Shown here in pieces: positions 11,826-23,794 of a stretch of 32,750 nt of DNA (position 1 is its first letter; every line of letters begins with the position of its first letter). The notes beneath the pieces are model-generated. The model searched no databases and was not told where the DNA came from. It saw only the letters and a program-made list of their open reading frames with translations. The translations under genes were made by a program, and so were the position numbers. Source of the DNA: Dicyema japonicum (lineage: Eukaryota; Animalia; Dicyemida); the NCBI GenBank assembly GCA_011109175.1, contig RDEW01000023.1:623358-656107 (forward strand). Direction: 5' to 3'.

Positions 11826-11950
11826 AGGCAGAATACACACTTTATTTTAGCAAAAAACAGTTATCATAACTAATCTTAGAGGGAGAACCAAGAAATGCTC
11901 TTCACTTTTTGTTTTCTTTTTCTAGGTGTGTGTCCTTTTAGACAATCCAG
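11826..11950. repeat. Dispersed ~120 bp repeat (second copy 25622-25742)
   Basis: aggcag..acacactttatt...agaaccaagaaatg..ttcactt..ttttctttttct..tgtgtg...gacaatccagt is shared by both copies. AATAAA lies on the minus strand. Confidence 0.8.
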
Positions 11951-11952
11951 TG

Positions 11953-12311
11953 GTGCGTAAACGTTGACAATTGTGATTAGTCTCCTCGAATTTCTGCTTG
12001 ATCTTGTACGTATTTGTAAGACAATGATTCTCTCATTGCCAGTAACGATGTACTCTGGGAATATAGTCCTTTTGTATGACAAAGCCTTGTCCATAATGCC
12101 TCGATTTCAAAGGAAGCAATAGTAACCTGTAATTTGCATGTGATTCATCGAGTCCATTTTTTATTTTAGTCTCCTGCAGCCAGCATACAGGATCCCAGTA
12201 ATTCTCAACATCGGAAAATAGAAGTTGCCTCTTAGCCACGTTATTCACGCCTCTGACATTGAATGTTAGGATAGTCAGGTCATTAAATTGTTCTGAATCC
12301 TTTGCAGACAT
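11953..12311 (-). mobile_element. RTE-type LINE APE endonuclease N-terminal fragment
   Basis: ILTFNVRG, WLQETK, HYGQGF, NERIIVL and IVNVYAP. Confidence 0.88.
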
Positions 12312-12719
12312 ATGTGCAAAAGAGGCATGTCACCATCTCAAGCAAAAAGAACTCCCGAATATCCTTTTCGCAGAGTTGACAACCATTGAGATCCACTTGA
12401 TCCTGTCACCTGATCGAATCTCAGTGATTAATGTTTTGAAGGACAGCAGATGAGCAAGAACATTAACCAGCAGTAGATCTTATGCTAGTTCCATTGGCAT
12501 CATGTATTCCTGAATATATACTTTTCACTTCTAATTTGTTTCTATCTTCAATATTCTCTGTAAGACGGTCCTAAGGATTTGTTTGCAAACTGGTGAAAAC
12601 AGACATACACACCGCCACTAGAACGAAAAATATATTATTGTATAAAATAAATAATAATTTAATCACATTATTATTAATTAAAGATGAAATATGAAAATTT
12701 AAGTGACGCAAATTTTGAA

Positions 12720-13140
12720 CAGCCGTTGAGTATGCCTCTGTTACACGGAGATTCGCGTTATCGGAGTCTATGGTCCAAAGAGTCAACTCAATACACCAGA
12801 AAACACTCAGTATGCTTTCCCACTTAATGGATCAACAGTCGACCCACTAATCATGCAAGCTAAGATCCGTAGTCGTGGCTCCGGATTTCTTCGGGTCTGT
12901 AAGGAAGATGGAAACCCGCTTCGCCTGATCCTTTCCATGGCAAGAGATAACCGATTGGATAAGAAATTCTCCTCCCCGATCGGATTTTTCTGCAAGACGG
13001 AGAGAAGGCTCTTCCGGAAAGCAGTGGGGACAATAAAAGATCACAGACGTCGAATGGCACAATTGATAGCGAGGACTGGGATCACCTAAATGTTTGACTC
13101 TTTTGTCTTTCTCTGTGTTCCCGGGGTTATTAAAATAAAA
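12720..13140 (+). mobile_element. LINE ORF2 C-terminal fragment and probable 3' end
   Basis: AVEYASVTRRFALSESMVQRVNSIHQKTLSML resembles TIEYACSDWRFANPTTRVDRVNSLIRKIMRHL at ~20830-20930. Ends in ccggggttattaaaataaaa. Confidence 0.6.
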
Positions 13141-13182
13141 ATAAATTATAGTCTTTTGTTGTCTTTTCATTAATCGAAATTT

Positions 13183-13893
13183 TATGACAACTTTAATATA
13201 TATGGACATAAATTCTTTGGATTTATCCCCATAGATCTCATGGAAGAAGGTAAATTCGATTTCTTAGCCTAATAGTGGTTCAAATATCAATAGAAGAACT
13301 CGATAACCAGAAAAATAACTTACTCCTCTTTAGAAAAGAGGTACTTAATCTAAGTATCGGAATAAGACCATTTCCAAGAAAGACTGGACTACTTTATCGA
13401 GAATGCCTACAACAAATCTATTGAGTCTAGGAACGACTTCATGTTTCTATAATTTGTACAATTCTGTCTCACCTAAGAACTTAATTACGTCAATTTTACA
13501 ATCCTCAATCACATGGCCCTCCCGTGTGATAAAGAAGGCGACATGTATACTACAGAATGCCACCCTTCTGACAATGAAGTAAATGAGGTGGTGGAAATAG
13601 CCTCTCAGGTTGTCTTTGTGGTCACCAGGTTGTCTTGAACTAAGGGATAAGGATAATGGACCTTGAAAATTGTATTGAGAAACTGGAGTTTTTGTTGAAT
13701 GACGATTAGTTTCTGGTGTTTTTGTTAGATTTGCTTTCATATGTAAATTCGGTGATTTTTAGTCCAGTAGTTAAGTTTTTTATCAATTTCCCTGACAACC
13801 ATTGAACATTCAACGGAGACATAGATTTTGAGTTGTCTTAGAGGGGGTGACGATTAGATGGACTATCAGAGTTTGTTGCAACAGGGACAGTAA
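13183..13893 (+). pseudogene. Mis12-like kinetochore protein gene remnant
   Basis: YGHKFFGFIPIDLMEE|VVQISIEEL (26-nt intron 13250-13275) and NFTILNHMALPCDK resemble the Mis12 motifs FFGFTP and IPxNILLPEDK. Contains stops and frameshifts. Confidence 0.4.
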
Positions 13894-16884
13894 AGGACGA
13901 TACGCTGCTGTTTATTTTTCAGGTTGCAACTCTATGGCATTAAAGTGCACTCGTGCAGCACTCAAGACAATCTTCCGAACTAACGTCTTCCAATTTCCTC
14001 GATCGTAAGAGAGTTTTCTTAACTTGTCCAAATCGTTTCCACTTTTTATACTTTTTTCATAAGATTTAAAACTACATCAAGTGTTTCTGGAAGTGTAATA
14101 TGTGGTGACGCGGAAACTCGGTTCTCTGCAATTGTTTGACGATATATAATTCAGATTGTTTCATTTATATTTACTGGGGTCTTCTGGCTAAGAGCCCGTG
14201 TGACATTTATTTTCTGCAGTCTTTTGGCGAAAACTTTTTTGGCATGGTAGGTAAAATTAAGCTGCCTGTCGTAAGTCATTTTTAGGATTGAGGGTTTTCC
14301 TTTGACAGGTATTCGAGTATGTCCGATGAAGATTTATGGTCCTTCTTTGCACCGACGGTCGGAGGTGAATGGAGTGCATTATGTGTTGCAATTACCTCCT
14401 TTTGCTATTCAGCAATCAGTTGTATCTTGCCATTTTTGTTTTCGTTTTTTTCCGGTTTGTGTGGCGTAGCAAGCGAGCGGCCATATACAATTGTGAATTA
14501 TCTCTTAGTTTGGATACTTCATTGATTTTGCAAAGCAGGTCTGCTTGGTGGAGTTTCTTGTTCAAAATCCTGATTTTTTACGGATTTGGTCCTGCCCCTG
14601 AAGGGCTTTTCTCTTGTTATAGTCTTTTTTCGTTTAGATTTTTGTATGTATTTCTATTAACTCTTTTGCAAGTTCTGTATGTATCGTCCAATCCTTACTG
14701 TCCATCTCCCACGTGCCGAGGTACTGGCTTGCAGCTTCGTTTATTATATTATTTGTGCGATCCCACGAACCTCCTACTGTTAGGTCCTTTAGATGAGAGC
14801 AGATATATTTTTGGTAATTTATGACTGTATCTGGATGAGACATCAGTTATTCCGTTGCGTATCCATTTCTTGTATTCTCATTATTATTGTTTGTGTTACA
14901 ATAACCATTCTGTGATCGCTGACAGTTGTTGAACTTTCGAATGAGCGTGCATTTATAAGAGAGCGTTTGTCGTTAATATTGGTTGTATATAGGGACTAGC
15001 TTTCTGGGTTTCTTCGTTCGCCCATCCAAGTGGTTATGTGGCATGCACGACGAGAGAATGCAGTGTTGCACAAGAACAATTTGTTGCCGTGCAGAAATGG
15101 CCAAGCTCCCTGATAGGTCATAATGGAGACTGTTTAAACAGTCGTAATTGAATGAGACAGAGCAGATCACTTCAATGCCACCTAAGATGTTGATAAAATT
15201 GACAAAAAGGCAAAAAATATAAAGCGGCAGTTTCCTCGGTCCATTTTTACATGAATTGCTTTCAACTATAATATTTCTAAGATATATTCCAAAGTATGAG
15301 CCTAATCATTATCAGACAGAAAACCTGACGATGTCAATTTTATTAATTTGTTTTTTCTTTACTGGAGTCAAATTTTGAATAAAAAATACAGATAAGACAG
15401 AATTCCTTCCCCTCTATTTACTTTTCAGACAGTATTGAATCTGAACAACTCCCATGAGGAATCTAGCGAACCCAACTTCAAGGCTGATAGAAATATGACA
15501 AAAATCAACATAGATTTCATGTTCATTAGTAGAATCATGAGTTAACCGAACGCATCAAGTTTACGAGATAAAGGATTCTCCCTGCAGTATGGTCCCATGA
15601 ATTTTTAATTGTCGGCATTTTAGCAAATCATAACTTCAATTAGTAAAATTAATTATTATATTGAGCGACTTCAATAGCCAGGTATTTTACCTTGCAAAAT
15701 ACGATCTCGAAACAATCAGTCCCACGAGATCCTAGGCGATATTAATGATCTTCGTCGTCATAAACTGAATATCAGCCAAATTTGTTGGAGAGTGTTTTTA
15801 ACACGTGTAACGCACCAAACCATGTTTCCACCATTATCGAATGGGAATATTGTTATCCCTTCGGGGTGTTGCCATCGCAAAAAAGAAACTAGTTGTGGCC
15901 AGCATAGAAAGTGCATTTTTAATGTCAAGTTGTGACATCATGTAGGGGAACAGCCATAAATCAGATTAAAAGATGATAATCACGATCCACCGTCCTCGAG
16001 GATATTTTCATTTAACACAAAATTAAGGTTAAGACAGAGCGAGGCAGCTATTCTCACTGCTTCGTCTTCAGAAGGTTGCTAATTTTATCACATGAATATA
16101 CATTCAAACAAGCATTTGTTGAATAATTTCTAGTCATCTTGAAGCAGACCTTCTAGCATCATATTGCTCTCAAGAAACTCTCTCTTTTTCAAAAACACAT
16201 CGTAATGAGATTTCAAATTAATTCGGTCATTTAGATCATTAAGGAAATATCCTCCTTAACGTCCACAGATCCAGAAATAAGAGTGAGGGGTAAGGTCAGT
16301 ATAAACCATGGCATCCACATTTGGTTGCGAATAATAGTAAGGATACTAATAGCATATATAGTCAACAAATATAGTTAAAATTACTTTAACGGTTGACTTA
16401 ATTTTACTGTCAAGGAGAAATATGACCTATTTTTAATTTTAAATAGAAAAGAACATCTAATAGTGAAAAGCTTTTGGTCTTGATAGATCAATCTGTAGCC
16501 AAAATCGCACAGAAAAATAATTTTGTCATCAAGCGATCACTTTTAATATTTCACATAAAACCAATTCGAAAGTGCGAATGATGATAATTCGTTACTTAGA
16601 ACAATATCATCTATTTGATTCTAAAAGAGGCAAAAGATTCTCCGATCATACTCAGGCTAACTACTTCATAGTGCTTTTTGTTAACTTCACGTATAATCCT
16701 CCAAAATTTGACCAATTAAATTACCTTGCAGAACACGTCTGAAAAATAATTTCAATTGTCTTGCAGTACTCTTGTCTGAAAAAGAATTAGATATCATCAT
16801 ACTTCAAAACCAAAATCCAGGTCATCTGCATATTTAATTCTTAGATAGAAGTAGGACAATTTTTAGCTCTCAGATTACGAAGAG
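13483..16884. repeat. Segmental duplication copy B
   Basis: Colinear with 7221-10686; lacks a ~50-bp segment found near 8656-8706 in copy A. Confidence 0.97.
13912..15100 (-). mobile_element. Second copy of the RTE/Jockey mosaic fragment
   Basis: Same motifs as 7659-8935 (CNTAFSRRACHITTW, SDHRMV, DRGNWKTLV). Confidence 0.8.
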
Positions 16885-17004
16885 CAGCTTCCAGATAGAC
16901 AACAAGAAGATTGGTTATTGTGAGTCACCTTCTGAAGTGTCAATGTGTGTAGTCTCTTTCCAGATTCACTTAAAATTTGATTTTCGCGCAAATTGACATG
17001 TAAT

Positions 17005-17140
17005 TAAACATTATTCAAAAAGCTATTAAACTTTTGACACAATTTCTAGACATTTTGATAAAGCTATTAAACATTGTGGCAAAGTTATTAGACATTTTTG
17101 ACAAATTTATTAAATTTTATGGTAAAATTATTAAACAAAT
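17005..17140. repeat. Degenerate ~21-bp minisatellite (~6 units)
   Basis: Units such as aaagctattaaacttttgac, aaagctattaaacattgtgg, aaagttattagacatttttga and aaatttattaaattttatgg. Confidence 0.65.
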
Positions 17141-17234
17141 CGGAAAACCATGTTAATTTTGTGAATTTAATTAAATTATTTTTTAATTTTATTTATTTAA
17201 TCCAACACTTTATTTAATAAAATTAAAATTAATT

Positions 17235-18070
17235 ATGACGACTGTAAATCATGTAATAATTTTAATTTCTTGTGGTTACTAGTATATTCATCATTTTGGT
17301 ATTTAATCCTATAGATGTTCAGTTTCATCATCTTATACCTTCCATTTGGCATTTTGACACAGAAAAATTGTCAAGAAATAAATCAGGTGCGATTTCTGTA
17401 TTATATATTAATTATTGAGATATTTGATTAACTGTACATTTTCTGGCCTACAAGTTGATTCTAAAATAATATTTTTACAAACTCAATACATTACATTTGA
17501 ACATGGTTTCAATTTTTCTATTATTCAATCGAATGTGGAGGAATTGTATTAAATATTACTTATTATAGTTACTGTTTGGAAGAAAGTTTAAAATATGTTA
17601 TCAATAATACTTTTCCATCTACTATTTTTAACTTGTTATATATATTATTAAATTAATAGGGATTTGAGACGATGCAATTCCCTCATATACATCGCGATCA
17701 ATTTTGCCGAACATTTAACATCACTTCTCGAAATGTAAATTTTTTTAATTTATGTAGTCACTTTCCACAGAGAATAGAGGTTATTCAAGAATTTAGAATT
17801 AGTTCCATTAGTGTTTCATTATTTGAGTATTTTTTAATAATAATGTAGTGTCACTGTGTGCAGGGATTCATTCGGTGATGCAGAAGCGTATGATAGTATA
17901 TTTATCATAGGTACACATCACGTCTACCTCATCTATACATGTTTCTCAAAAATAATAATACTATGTATATGTTCGAAAGTAATATATTTAGACTAAACAG
18001 CAAGCAGACAAGTAAAACATGTAATTAATAATGTTATTTCAGACTGCAGTGCCATTGCGAACAAGTACAA
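17235..18070 (+). pseudogene. Intron-dense gene or pseudogene of unknown product, possibly a secreted/membrane glycoprotein
   Basis: Serial GT-AG spacers at 17735-17757 (23), 17780-17802 (23), 17827-17848 (22), 17888-17910 (23) and 17965-17991 (27). Spliced segment reads SVSLFDVTVCRDSFGDAEAYTSRLPHLYMFLKNNNTILNSKQTNCSAIANKYN. Upstream has a hydrophobic FIILYLPFGIL and several NxS/T sequons. I could not build one uninterrupted frame. Confidence 0.45.
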
Positions 18071-18284
18071 TGTAATGGGCTTTTGCGGAGTTACTAACAT
18101 TTTACTAACTTAATCGGTTCTTTTTCGGAAATAAAAATTGGTGTTAATTAATTCAAATTTATTATGATTTAAATAAATGTAATGGGCTTTTGCGGAGTTA
18201 CTAACATTTTACTAACTTAATTGGTTCTTTTATCGAGAATAAAATTTGGTTTTAATTAATTCAAATTTATTATAATTTAAATAA
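18069..18284. repeat. Tandem duplication 2 x ~107 bp
   Basis: aatgtaatgggcttttgcggag at 18069 and 18176. Confidence 0.93.
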
Positions 18285-18299
18285 TATCCTGGTTGGCCA

Positions 18300-19580
18300 A
18301 CTGAATCACACATCTCTACTCTTGACTCGGAAAGAATAATTTTATTTAAAAAAAACGATAAGGAAATGAATCGATTATGATTGGTTTTAAGAACGGATAT
18401 GTTTCCTTAGATTTAAGAATGACGTGAGCCTTATCCCAATTAAATTATTTAGTTTTGATCCCAGTCGACGTAATTGTCGCTGAGTTCTTTCTCAAGATAT
18501 TCAAGGAGATCAATCATATGATCAGAATTGCTTCTGATAGAGTCAGGCGTCCAAATTTTTTGAGAATATTCCTCGTCGGAGTATTTAAATGAATTGGCAC
18601 ACAATTTTTTTTGTCATCAGGTGTCAAACTCCACGGATAATTTCTTGAGAATAATACTCGTCGGAGTATTTAAATGAATTGGCACACAACTTTTTTTGTC
18701 ATCAGGTGTCAAACTCCACGGATCAACACCCTGAATTTTTTGATCTGATCCCTGAATATCGAAGGTGTTTTCTTGGTCATGCATTTGCCCCCGTCTGGAT
18801 TATTTTATAAAATCTTTTCTGCCCCTACTTCGGACACATTATCTACCGATAGTATTTCCAAAAATAGTGATTTTTACATAAATCTTCGCATCCTCAGCCA
18901 TTCATATAGGGTCCATTTAATCTTTCAATTATTAGACATGAAAACCCTATAGTAACCTTAATCTAAATATGATCTGTTGAACCTCAAGAAAACTAGAGTT
19001 TTGGACATTCCCAAATAGACAAATAGAGCTGGCGATACTAGAAATACACCGGGTTTGTTCTCAATATGATAAAAAAATGATTTAGCCCATTGATGTAAAA
19101 ATCAGAATGCCACTTGAATCAGTCAATAATTATAAACGCCATCCATCCTGATTTGTCTACAAAAACCAGAACTAGTATTCTTCGAATCAAGGTCATCAAT
19201 TATGATGGTTAGGGATTCTTGTTCTGATACTCAGAGATATCTGTAGAACAAATTTCAAGATTCTTGGAGTATAGACCTCCAACAGTAATCCATATTTCCT
19301 CGGAACAAACGTCCATGCTTACAAAATCACACAAATGACTTTTGGATTACGAATTCTGAGGCAGTCGCGGTAGAATATAGACGTTCCCCTATAGCAACTA
19401 CTCAAGACTTCCTTAAAACGTCCAGGAATTGTATCCCGTCAATTTATTACACTCCGATTTCTTTATTCCATCTCATTGACCACCAAGATGTCGATCTGGA
19501 GGCCCTAGAAAGTAATGCTAGTTCATTATGCCTTTTCCTTAAGGATCAACCATTCACTAGCACTATTTTTAATCCTTGTT
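18300..19580 (-). mobile_element. Degenerate LINE ORF2 5' part (APE endonuclease and linker)
   Basis: LKIVLVNG*SLRKRHNEL, IDILVVNE, YRGTSIFYR, LEVYTP, DLDSKN and GSTDH, with many frameshifts. Confidence 0.7.
18560..18723. repeat. Tandem duplication 2 x ~80 bp (period 85)
   Basis: ttgagaata..ctcgtcggagtatttaaatg...ccacggat at 18560 and 18645. Confidence 0.93.
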
Positions 19581-19599
19581 TCAACAATTTGGTTACCTT

Positions 19600-20778
19600 G
19601 CTTTCAAAACCACCCTTACTATCTCCATTAAATTCATCTGTGCATTCGCAGACAGATAGTTAAGCTGTGACATCATCTTTGATATTTCAAAATATATTTT
19701 TTTTGATAGATTGGGTGAGACTTCATTCGACTTTCGACTAATTTTTAATGCTGTCTTTCACGTAACATCCATCATATCTGACACAATGTGAGGGAGAGCA
19801 ACAATTTATGCAATTAATTGTGTTTTCAGGAATCTTTCACACGCAGACAGATTGTGTTCTCCTCAAATGAGACATCATGTATTTTTACAGAAGCAGGAAA
19901 TGTGCCCAGAGCTTGGCAGTAGAAACACCTATGTGGGCTTTTTCTGTACTATTCGCATGTAATGGTACGTTAGAAATGTTAAAACATTGTCCGACAAGCG
20001 AAGTAGCTTCGCCTTTGATCCAACTATAACCATTACAAGAGGGAGTCTCTATCTGCCTGGTAGAAATTGCATAAGCTCGTGGTAGATGAGGCTAATTCCT
20101 TTACAAATTCATGTAGGTCGATATCATATACCCATAAAGGCAGATTGTTCACACAATTTCGGAAGATCTAGTCGGATTTAACTAAAGCAATGGTTTCCAA
20201 AAACATAAGAAGTAGATCCACATGTTCATAAAATTCCTTTGTCCCCTCCTTTCTGAATTCGAGGCGGAAGATCCCGGAGCCTTTATGAGTCAATCTGATA
20301 GATCCCGTCAAGTCGTGGAGTACAACACGTTAGAAATTTTGATAGCTCTCATATTCGATGTGACAGAAATCTGTATAAACATATTGCCAGAGTATTCAAA
20401 AGCTGGAGGATCATGAAGAATATACTGCGTTTCAGTTTCTGCTGATGTGAAAACTGTCTGGATCTCGTCTTCAAACTTTTTTCACAGTATTAGCTCCTGT
20501 AGCTTTGGAAAAGTGATAACTTTTATTGTCTTACTATTTGATACATTTGAACTAACTTTTGAACCATTTTTTTCCAGAATTGCCACAAAGACTTCACAAA
20601 CACGTTTTTTTAAGAATAGTTGTGTACTTTTGATTCCGTCCAGGTATTTGGCGTCTCCTTGTAAGGTGGATCCAATTACGCCATTCGAAATTCCTATGCA
20701 TGAGCCACCTTTTCCTTGAATTAGCTTCCCAGTTCCTTGCAAAAAAGTAGGAAACCTAGAACCCTGGGCATTTCTCAC
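19600..20778 (-). mobile_element. Degenerate LINE ORF1 (gag-like, CCHC knuckles)
   Basis: PHRCFYCQALG(H)..CFCKNT*CLI*GEHNLSAC...INCINCCSPSHCVRYDGC (~19770-19940): three Cys/His knuckles directly upstream of the APE, as in I/Jockey-group ORF1. Confidence 0.7.
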
Positions 20779-20787
20779 TGTTGCCTC

Positions 20788-21930
20788 CTATGAAAGTACA
20801 CTGGTGACAGATGTGGAGTCTGATTGTAAGTGCCTCATGATCTTCCGTATGAGAGAATTCACACGATCCACCCTCGTTGTAGGATTGGCGAATCTCCAGT
20901 CAGAACAGGCATATTCAATCGTCGGCGCAATAACTTGGAGATATACTTTCCTGATACAAGCAATAGGAGGGAAGGGACTCTTCTTTACGATGGCTTTTAG
21001 GACGTTCCATTTTCGAAGACTTTTGGTTAACACATTTTCAATGTGACTGCTAAATGTCATCAAAGAGTCGAAAGTTACTCCAAGGATTTTCTGGATTCTT
21101 GTATAAGGGATGGGAATGTTTCCGAGGAATATCTCAAGTCCACCTTTAAATCTTTGTCCGTAGTAAATAGCGTGAACTTGAATGCAGACACAGACAGAAA
21201 ATTCATGGATAGCCAGTCACACACCTGGTTGTGGTGTAACTGAACCACCACCCTGGAGGGAGATTTGTCTCTTGCAGCGATAATCAAATCGTCCGCATAA
21301 GATAAAATCATGGTGTCCTGATCATAGTAGGTAAATCGTGTAGAAATAAGTTAATTAAGAGAGGATACAGAGGATTGTTTTGCGGAACACCATTGGGGAG
21401 TAGTCTTGATTTTAAAGTAATTTTGTCAATCCGGACCCTTCCGCGTCGCTCAATTAAGAAATTTTACAGCCATAGCTTGATGTTCGGATGTAAGTTGGGA
21501 GTAAAAATCTTATGCGTTAGGAGTTTCCTCGTAACAGAATCAAAGNACAGAGGATTGCCTTGCGGAACCCCATTGGGGAGTAGTCTAAATTTTGAAGTAA
21601 TTTTGTCAATCCGGACCCTTCCGCGTCGCCCAATTAACAAATTTTTCAGCCATAGTTTGATGTTCGGATGTAAGTTGGAATTAAAAATCTTTTGCGTTAG
21701 GAGTTTCCTCGTAACAGAATCAATGTATATCGATAGATTTTGGGGCTGTCCATAAGTGTGTTCTCATGTTGAAGCCGTCAGTAGTAAACTGAGAGATGGA
21801 ACCCAAATGAGTCGCTGTAGAACGGTCTGTTCTGAAGCCATTTTGAAATTGTGGTAGATGTAGAACAGGAGAAATGCGCATTAATACAAGCTTTTCCAGC
21901 ACTTTTGATACCTCAGGTTCGTGCCTGAAA
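20788..21930 (-). mobile_element. LINE RT domain and thumb (I/Jockey group), degenerate
   Basis: SKVLEKLV, QNGFRTDRST, SIDI..DSVTRKLL, NGVPQGNPL, LINLFLHDLP, SYADDLII, LGVTFDSLMTFSSHI and PTIEYAC. Confidence 0.93.
21367..21723. repeat. Tandem duplication 2 x ~178 bp separated by a single N (21546)
   Basis: acagaggattg...gtaacagaatcaa repeated, with about a dozen SNPs. Confidence 0.95.
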
Positions 21931-22059
21931 TCTAAGGTGTTTGAGGTGAATAGTGCAAACACCGTCGGGACCACAAGCACGAGTGAGACGTAGGAATTTA
22001 ATAGCCTTGTCAACTATCTAGAAAATACGGGGAATCTATGGAGAATGAGACCGTCCCCG

Positions 22060-22325
22060 TTTTTACCAATTCTGTTGGATCTTTGAGGACCCTGAACGCT
22101 CCCGACAATGTTGGACGGGCAAAGCGTGTCGACACAAGTAGCGTACCAGACCAAAGGTTTCCCCTCTTCGAATGGAAAATTGTGATCCCGTCGGGACATT
22201 TTCCGTCTCCTCTGTACATGCCAACAGGTTCTAGTATAGCTGGGTTTTACGCAGACTCTAGGGCTCGCTTGACAATTCCGTTGATCGCCTTGTGTCTTGG
22301 GAATCGTCCTGCACTTCTTCGACTT
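22060..22325 (-). mobile_element. CRE-type non-LTR restriction-like endonuclease (C-terminal) fragment
   Basis: RSAGRFPRHKAINGIVKRALESA*NPAILEPVGMYRGDGKCPDGITIF / PFEEGKPLVWYATCVDTLCPS, matching the RH...RPD...WD RLE signature. Confidence 0.85.
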
Positions 22326-22537
22326 GTTAACTACTTTTCTAAGCTGAGTCGTAATTATCTAATCTAGGAAAGATAAGGTGGAGAGAACTTGAATTTGGAT
22401 TTTCAAAAACTACTTGTCTTGGGAATCGTCCTGCACTTCTTCGACTTGTTAACTACTTTTCTAAGCTGAGTCGTAATTATCTAATCTAGGAAAGATAAGG
22501 TGGAGAGAACTTGAATTTGGATTTTCAAAAACTACTT
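22293..22537. repeat. Tandem duplication 2 x 122 bp, apparently identical
   Basis: tgtcttgggaatcgtcctgcac...caaaaactact at 22293 and 22415. Confidence 0.95.
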
Positions 22538-23128
22538 GAAGCAAAAGACGATGAATATGGAGAATCTATTTTACTAAAAATAGCTGAAATAGCATCTTAA
22601 TTATCGAGCGTCTTCTCTGGGAGCGTCCAAACTGACTGGCATCTCTAGTTCAATTACCATGTAAAGTGACATACTCACTAAACCAGCTTAATATAAGGTC
22701 ATTTAAGAAAAACACTTGATAAACTCAGAATTATGATAATTTCAACATTTCCAGAACTTTTGGGCAATCTCACTAACACGATCCACCAACGTACGAAATG
22801 CGTTGGGAATACAATTTTGAGACAGACATTGTTTAAGAGCAAAATCAGTTCAGAGATACAAATAAACAACATTTAGATCACTATACAGAAATTACCTCAC
22901 CAGCATCTAATATGGAAACACTTTAGATTGTCTTGTTACGTAATAAATTGTTTTTGTTCCAAAAAATTATTGTGATACAAAGTCCAGAAAAGTAGCTATT
23001 CGTATATGAAGTTAATTTTTATTTTTTTATCATATTTTTAATTTGTTTTTAAAACATTCAATATTTTTTCCTAGTGATTGAAGTTGGTTGCGTTTTTTGT
23101 ATTCTAATGAGCGACTGACAGAATGACT

Positions 23129-23222
23129 GGATCTTCGTAGTCACGGCGGTACGTTTCATAGTTCATTCGTATCATGGCCTCGAGAGGCATTGGTTTCTGG
23201 AACTCTGGAGAAATCCAGCGTT
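23129..23222. repeat. Diverged dispersed repeat (second copy 32227-32320)
   Basis: ggatcttcgtagtcacg...gttcattcgtatca...agagg.attggt...ccagcgt is shared by both copies. Confidence 0.75.
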
Positions 23223-23794
23223 CCGGATTTTGAAGGCTCTTTTTCAACAAGCCTCGATCTTCATGACATTTGTCCAAGAGATGAATGGGCCTAAAAATCA
23301 CATGCGTAAGAAATCATTGTTCAATGTATTGTTTGTATATAGTACTAAAAATTGGATGATTTCTGTACTTCCATTAGCAAGTGAGACTGTTCAAGACATA
23401 TACTTCTTTTTTGCATTTTGTTATAACGTTTTCTACATATCTTACCATTATTACGACACTCAAGAAGCTATCAATCGCATGCATTTGAATAGCTGAGACA
23501 GAAAATTCTGTATTTGACCATAAACTGTCAGGTTGGGGGTCTTCTTTATTATAAGAGAGTTTATTGTATTCAATAGTCTGCTGAGGACCATAAAATCAAC
23601 GAAAATGTTTAATAGTGTTCCTTTTCGAACTACAAACAGACGATTGATCTTTTTGAGATGCTGTGTGCTGAGAATCAGTATTATTGGCTCATCACTAGGG
23701 CGATTTTTATAAAGTCAAAAATTCATATGTTCTTTAAAATTCTGTCTCACGGAACAAGTGCCTTTCTGTGTCTCACGGAAACTCACTTTTGTCT

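Noticed and set aside
8198-14824. Hydrophobic plus-strand ORFs (8198-8743 cluster, 14319-14824) that look like membrane proteins
   Set aside because: Antisense to the A-rich LINE linker; the hydrophobicity comes from T-richness.
7221-16884. The 3.4-kb direct repeats as LTRs of one element
   Set aside because: No TG..CA ends, PBS or PPT; the interior is unrelated LINE scraps, and the repeats themselves contain gene and LINE fragments.
17005-17140. Repeated ~21-bp units as a CRISPR array
   Set aside because: No unique spacers, degenerate units, eukaryotic context and no cas genes.
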